Shown here piece after piece: positions 60,323 through 64,000 of a DNA stretch of 64,000 nucleotides; the stretch's first letter is position 1, and each line of letters opens with the position of its first letter. Location: positions 62,001 through 126,000 of IMG/VR virus record IMGVR_UViG_3300024262_006558; one strand, written 5' to 3'. Under the pieces are notes generated by a model. That model did not search any database. It was given only the letters and a program-made list of their open reading frames with translations, and was not told the origin of the DNA. A program made the translations under genes and the position numbers.

Positions 60323-60394
60323 AACGCGCTTTTAGCTACATAATTTTTATTGATTATATTCAAAAATTTGTTTATGTTTTGAATAAAATCATAA

Positions 60395-61594
60395 ATGACG
60401 GAAGTAAAGATACCCTTAGTAAAAGACACTATATCACATGAGGATATGGATGCTCTTGCGGATTGGATTAAAACCTACCCTCGCCTTACGAAAGGCCCAG
60501 AAACAAATGAATTTGAAAAAGAGTGGTCTGAATGGCTAGGTACAAAGTATTCCGTATTTTGTAACTCTGGATCTTCAGCAAACCTTCTTATGCTTTACGC
60601 TCTTATCGTAGCGAAAAGACTTAACAATAAAAAAATAGTGGTACCAGCATTAGCTTGGGCTACGGATCTTGCTCCAGTAATGCAATTGGGTCTTGAGCCA
60701 ATTATATGCGATTGTAATGGTCAAAATCTCGCTGTAGACCTAAATGATTTAGAACGTATTTTCCAGAAAGACAACCCTTCAGCCCTTATGCTGGTATCGG
60801 TTCTTGGTATCCCTCCAAATATGGATGAGATAATTGTTCTTTGTAAAAAGTATGGAGTTATCCTTTTAGAGGATGCTTGTGAATCACTAGGTTCTGAATA
60901 CAAAGGCAATAAACTCGGAACTTTCGGATCCATGTCAACATTCTCACTATATTTCGGACACCATCTTTCAACTATTGAAGGTGGTATGGTATGCACTGAT
61001 GATGAAGAGCTTTATGAAATATTGAAATCTATTCGTTCTCATGGTTGGGACAGAGATGCTTCAGAAGAGTATCGTAAAAAGTGGAGAGATAAATGGGATG
61101 TGGATGATTTTAACGGCCTTTACACTTTCTACCACCCTGGATTCAATTTAAGAGCTACAGATTTACAAGCATTTATAGGTAGAAGGCAAATTAAAAAAGC
61201 TGATGAAGTTTCTAAAATCAGAGCTGCTAATTTTCAGAAATATCAAGAATTGATATCCGATCATTCTGCATGGAAACCTGAACCGCCAGAAGGCGCTTTT
61301 GTTTCCAATTTTTGTTACCCTGTACTGCACGCAAAGAGAAAAGAGATAGTAACAGATCTAATCGCTAATGGCGTTGAAACTAGACCTATGATATGTGGAT
61401 CTATGAGTACTCAACCATTTTATGTGGACAAATACGGCAGAAAAGAATTATACACCGCAAAGCAAATAGATGATTACGGATTCTACGTGCCTAATAATGA
61501 TAAAATGACTGATGAGGACATTCAAACCGTATGCAACATAATCAATAAGCATACTGTAAACCCTGAAGTAGAACCGCAAGAAAACAATCAATAA
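60395..61594 (+). CDS. DegT/DnrJ-fold PLP enzyme, ColD-like GDP-4-keto-6-deoxymannose 3-dehydratase
   Basis: [29 protein letters not shown] (His at the usual Lys position), RSHGW. Confidence 0.8.
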   Translation: MTEVKIPLVKDTISHEDMDALADWIKTYPRLTKGPETNEFEKEWSEWLGTKYSVFCNSGSSANLLMLYALIVAKRLNNKKIVVPALAWATDLAPVMQLGLEPIICDCNGQNLAVDLNDLERIFQKDNPSALMLVSVLGIPPNMDEIIVLCKKYGVILLEDACESLGSEYKGNKLGTFGSMSTFSLYFGHHLSTIEGGMVCTDDEELYEILKSIRSHGWDRDASEEYRKKWRDKWDVDDFNGLYTFYHPGFNLRATDLQAFIGRRQIKKADEVSKIRAANFQKYQELISDHSAWKPEPPEGAFVSNFCYPVLHAKRKEIVTDLIANGVETRPMICGSMSTQPFYVDKYGRKELYTAKQIDDYGFYVPNNDKMTDEDIQTVCNIINKHTVNPEVEPQENNQ

Positions 61595-61595
61595 A

Positions 61596-63608
61596 ATGAA
61601 AGAAGATAAAAAGAAAGCTCTCATTATAGGTATCACTGGAATGGATGGGTCTCACTTGTCTGAATTACTTTTAGATAAAGGATATGAAGTTCACGGGGTT
61701 ATTAGAAGACATTCTCATATAGGGGGAACTGGACGAATTGATCACATATTCGATGAATTGAAACTTCATTATGGAGACGTTACTGACGCTTTAAATATAT
61801 CTAGGTTAATTTCCGAAATACAACCCGATGAAATTTACAACCTATCAGCTCAGAGCCATGTAAAAGTTTCTTTTGAAGAACCTGGATATACAGCTCAAGT
61901 AGATGCAATTGGAACATTAAACGTAATGGAATCAGCTAGAATCCATTGTCCTAATGCGAAGATTTACCAAGCATCAACCTCTGAGATGTTTGGAGGTTTA
62001 GCTTACAATAGACCTGAAAATGGTTATACTGAAGAATCTCCATTTCACCCGCGATCACCTTATGGTGTCGCTAAGGTGTACGGTTTTTGGATAGTAAAAA
62101 ACTATAGAGAAGCATACAATATGCATGCTTCCAACGGTATATTATTCAATCATGAAGGTGAAAGACGTGGAGTAACTTTTGTTACTAGAAAAGTGACCAG
62201 AGCATTGGCGGCCATTAAGAAGGGTGAGCAAGATGTTTTGACTCTCGGTAACATGGATTCCTTAAGAGACTGGGGATATGCTAAAGAGTATTGTATAAAT
62301 TTAGATGTACCTATTTTGACAACTAGTGGATGGAAATTTTATGATGAAATTTCTGAAGGTGATCAAATAATTAATTTTAATTCTGAAGAAAATCACATAA
62401 CTACAGATACAGTTAAAAGCAAAATAGTAATTAAATCAAATGGTGAAAAAATTAAATTAACAGGCAGAGGAGTTTGTATAAACGTAACTCCAGATCATCG
62501 GATTTACTATCAGAAAAAAAGTAAAAAATCAAAAGGTGGATGGTCAAAATACAAAATTTGTACAGCTAAAGAATTTTATGATTTATTAAAAAATAAAGCG
62601 TACAGAACAAAGTATGACTATAGGCTGCCGCATTTTCAAGATTATGACAAAAAAGAAAATGAAAAATACTCAGATAACGAACTTTATTTAATAGGGGCTT
62701 TATTGGCGGAAGGTTGTCTATCTAATTCAAATCCTGGGAGAGGGTCTATAGTTTCCTTATCTCAATCTTTTATTAAAAATGAAAAAATTCACAAAAAATT
62801 ACAAAAAATAATAGATGATGAAAAACTTGAAGCTAGGTTATGCAATAAAAACAATGGTGTAACTGAATGGGTCTTTACAGCAGATAGTTCTAAAAAAATT
62901 ATTGAATATTTTGATGGATTTGATGTGCATGTGATGCCTAAAGATTTCTATAATTTAAGCAGTAGGCAATGTAAAATTGTATTTGACTCTTTAATGGATT
63001 GCGATGGATGTTGGGGATCATACACATACACTTCTAAACGTAATTTACTAGCATCTGATTTCCAAACTATAGCTCATCTTGCAGGATATAGAACTACGGG
63101 CGTAAAATTTGTAAATAACGTTTACATAACTAGTGTTATAACACGATCCAAAAAACATATGTATATACAAAATGTGGAATCATATAATGATAACAATGAT
63201 AAAGTTTGGTGTGTGAATAGCAATAATGGAACTATCATAACTAGAGATCAAAACTGCATTAATATAGTAGGTAATTGTGAAGGAATGTGGAGAATGTTGC
63301 AACAAGACACTCCTGATGACTATGTACTGGCAACTAACGAAACTCATACAGTAAGACAATTTGTAGAAGAAGCAGTTAGGTATTGCGGATGGGATATCGA
63401 GTGGAGAGGTGAGGGCGTAGATGAAAAAGGTTATGATAAGTCAACTGGTAAACTTCTCATCGAAATTAACCCTAAATATTATAGACCATCTGAAGTTGAT
63501 CTATTGTTAGGGGACGCTACCAAAGCAAAGGAGAAGATGGGTTGGGAACCTAAAACTAAATTTAAAGATCTAGTCAAATTAATGATGGAGCATGATCTGA
63601 AAGCTTAA
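61596..63608 (+). CDS. gmd: GDP-mannose 4,6-dehydratase interrupted by an intein
   Basis: GITG.DGS.L, AQSHV..SF, QASTSE, PRSPYG.AK, LFNHE..RRG.TFVTRK, RDWG.A; resumes after the insert with WRMLQQD.PDDYV. Confidence 0.95.
   Translation: MKEDKKKALIIGITGMDGSHLSELLLDKGYEVHGVIRRHSHIGGTGRIDHIFDELKLHYGDVTDALNISRLISEIQPDEIYNLSAQSHVKVSFEEPGYTAQVDAIGTLNVMESARIHCPNAKIYQASTSEMFGGLAYNRPENGYTEESPFHPRSPYGVAKVYGFWIVKNYREAYNMHASNGILFNHEGERRGVTFVTRKVTRALAAIKKGEQDVLTLGNMDSLRDWGYAKEYCINLDVPILTTSGWKFYDEISEGDQIINFNSEENHITTDTVKSKIVIKSNGEKIKLTGRGVCINVTPDHRIYYQKKSKKSKGGWSKYKICTAKEFYDLLKNKAYRTKYDYRLPHFQDYDKKENEKYSDNELYLIGALLAEGCLSNSNPGRGSIVSLSQSFIKNEKIHKKLQKIIDDEKLEARLCNKNNGVTEWVFTADSSKKIIEYFDGFDVHVMPKDFYNLSSRQCKIVFDSLMDCDGCWGSYTYTSKRNLLASDFQTIAHLAGYRTTGVKFVNNVYITSVITRSKKHMYIQNVESYNDNNDKVWCVNSNNGTIITRDQNCINIVGNCEGMWRMLQQDTPDDYVLATNETHTVRQFVEEAVRYCGWDIEWRGEGVDEKGYDKSTGKLLIEINPKYYRPSEVDLLLGDATKAKEKMGWEPKTKFKDLVKLMMEHDLKA
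62292..63275 (+). mobile_element. Intein with LAGLIDADG homing endonuclease (328 aa)
   Basis: Starts [12 protein letters not shown]; block B VTPDH; LIGALLAEG and FDSLMDCDG; ends VWCV...NG....R.....IVGN followed by Cys+1. Confidence 0.92.
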
Positions 63609-63678
63609 ATGTGGAAAAATTTGTTTTTCTGTTTAAAAAACTATAAATTCGCAATTAGAAGAAGTAAATTAAATACCT

Positions 63679-64000
63679 ATGAAGTTCAAAGAGTTAACTG
63701 AAGAAGATATATCTAAAATCAAAAAGATATACTTTGACAAGGAGATGAAATATGGAAAGAGAATTCAGATCATATCAGATTTTTTTGGAAAAGAAGAGCG
63801 ACAAACAAGAAAATGGCTAGTTAAACTAGGTATTAAAGAAAAAAAGGATGTAGATGAGCCAGAAGACTTTAAAAAAGCGAAAGGTAAACAAACAGATACT
63901 TCCAAAAAGAGATTTATAGTAACTTGGGCACAGAACGCCACCTCTATTCATCACGAATTCTTTCACTTAATAGAACATTACGCAAAAGATATAGATGCTG
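63679..64000 (+). CDS. Hypothetical protein, truncated at window end
   Basis: MKFKELTEED...RFIVTWAQNAT; open to the edge. Confidence 0.65.
   Translation, partial: MKFKELTEEDISKIKKIYFDKEMKYGKRIQIISDFFGKEERQTRKWLVKLGIKEKKDVDEPEDFKKAKGKQTDTSKKRFIVTWAQNATSIHHEFFHLIEHYAKDIDA

Larger units (their letters stand above)
56696..60325 (+). mobile_element. Integron-like cassette array B (about 10-11 attC-like sites)
   Basis: Complementary unit ends GTT...AAC: 56902/57062, 57930/58057, 58319/58490, 58542/58943 (gttatatgc/gcatataac), 58994/59229, 59453/59482, 59696/59733, 59840/60009, 60059/60265. Final GTT at 60318. Confidence 0.8.

Noticed and set aside
56696-60325. CRISPR array interpretation of the repeated hairpins (also array A)
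   Set aside because: The repeats are not sequence-identical, the spacing is irregular (30-400 nt), the intervals encode ORFs and there are no cas genes.
1-64000. tRNA/rRNA genes
   Set aside because: No cloverleaf with a T-loop consensus or rRNA-like sequence was recognised by eye.

Overview
AT-rich segment of a large T4-like (contractile-tailed) phage genome, probably infecting Bacteroidota (inferred from TAnnTTTG promoter-like motifs and gene families). 1-22 kb: a run of G/S/T-rich fibre/adhesin-like genes built from shared modules. 22-49 kb: tail tube, sheath, neck, major capsid, scaffold and prohead protease genes, plus PhoH, KilA-N, a TRIC-family membrane protein and a glycosyltransferase. 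49-64 kb: a surface-glycan cluster (GT2, FkbM-SGNH, GT10, GT11, Fcl/ColC, ColD-like, Gmd carrying an intein). The most unusual content is two arrays of tiny ORFs (about 24.56-27.14 kb on the minus strand, 56.70-60.32 kb on the plus strand). They are punctuated by about 20 attC-like hairpins (AAC-arm-loop-arm-GTT), and each inter-site unit has self-complementary ends, as in integron cassettes. Unlike canonical integrons, several hairpin loops hold a whole ORF or the start of an ORF that reads through the GTT. Both arrays end in the same 60-bp site (59/60 identical). No recombinase is present in the window, so mobility is inferred. All product calls come from motif recognition, not database searches.
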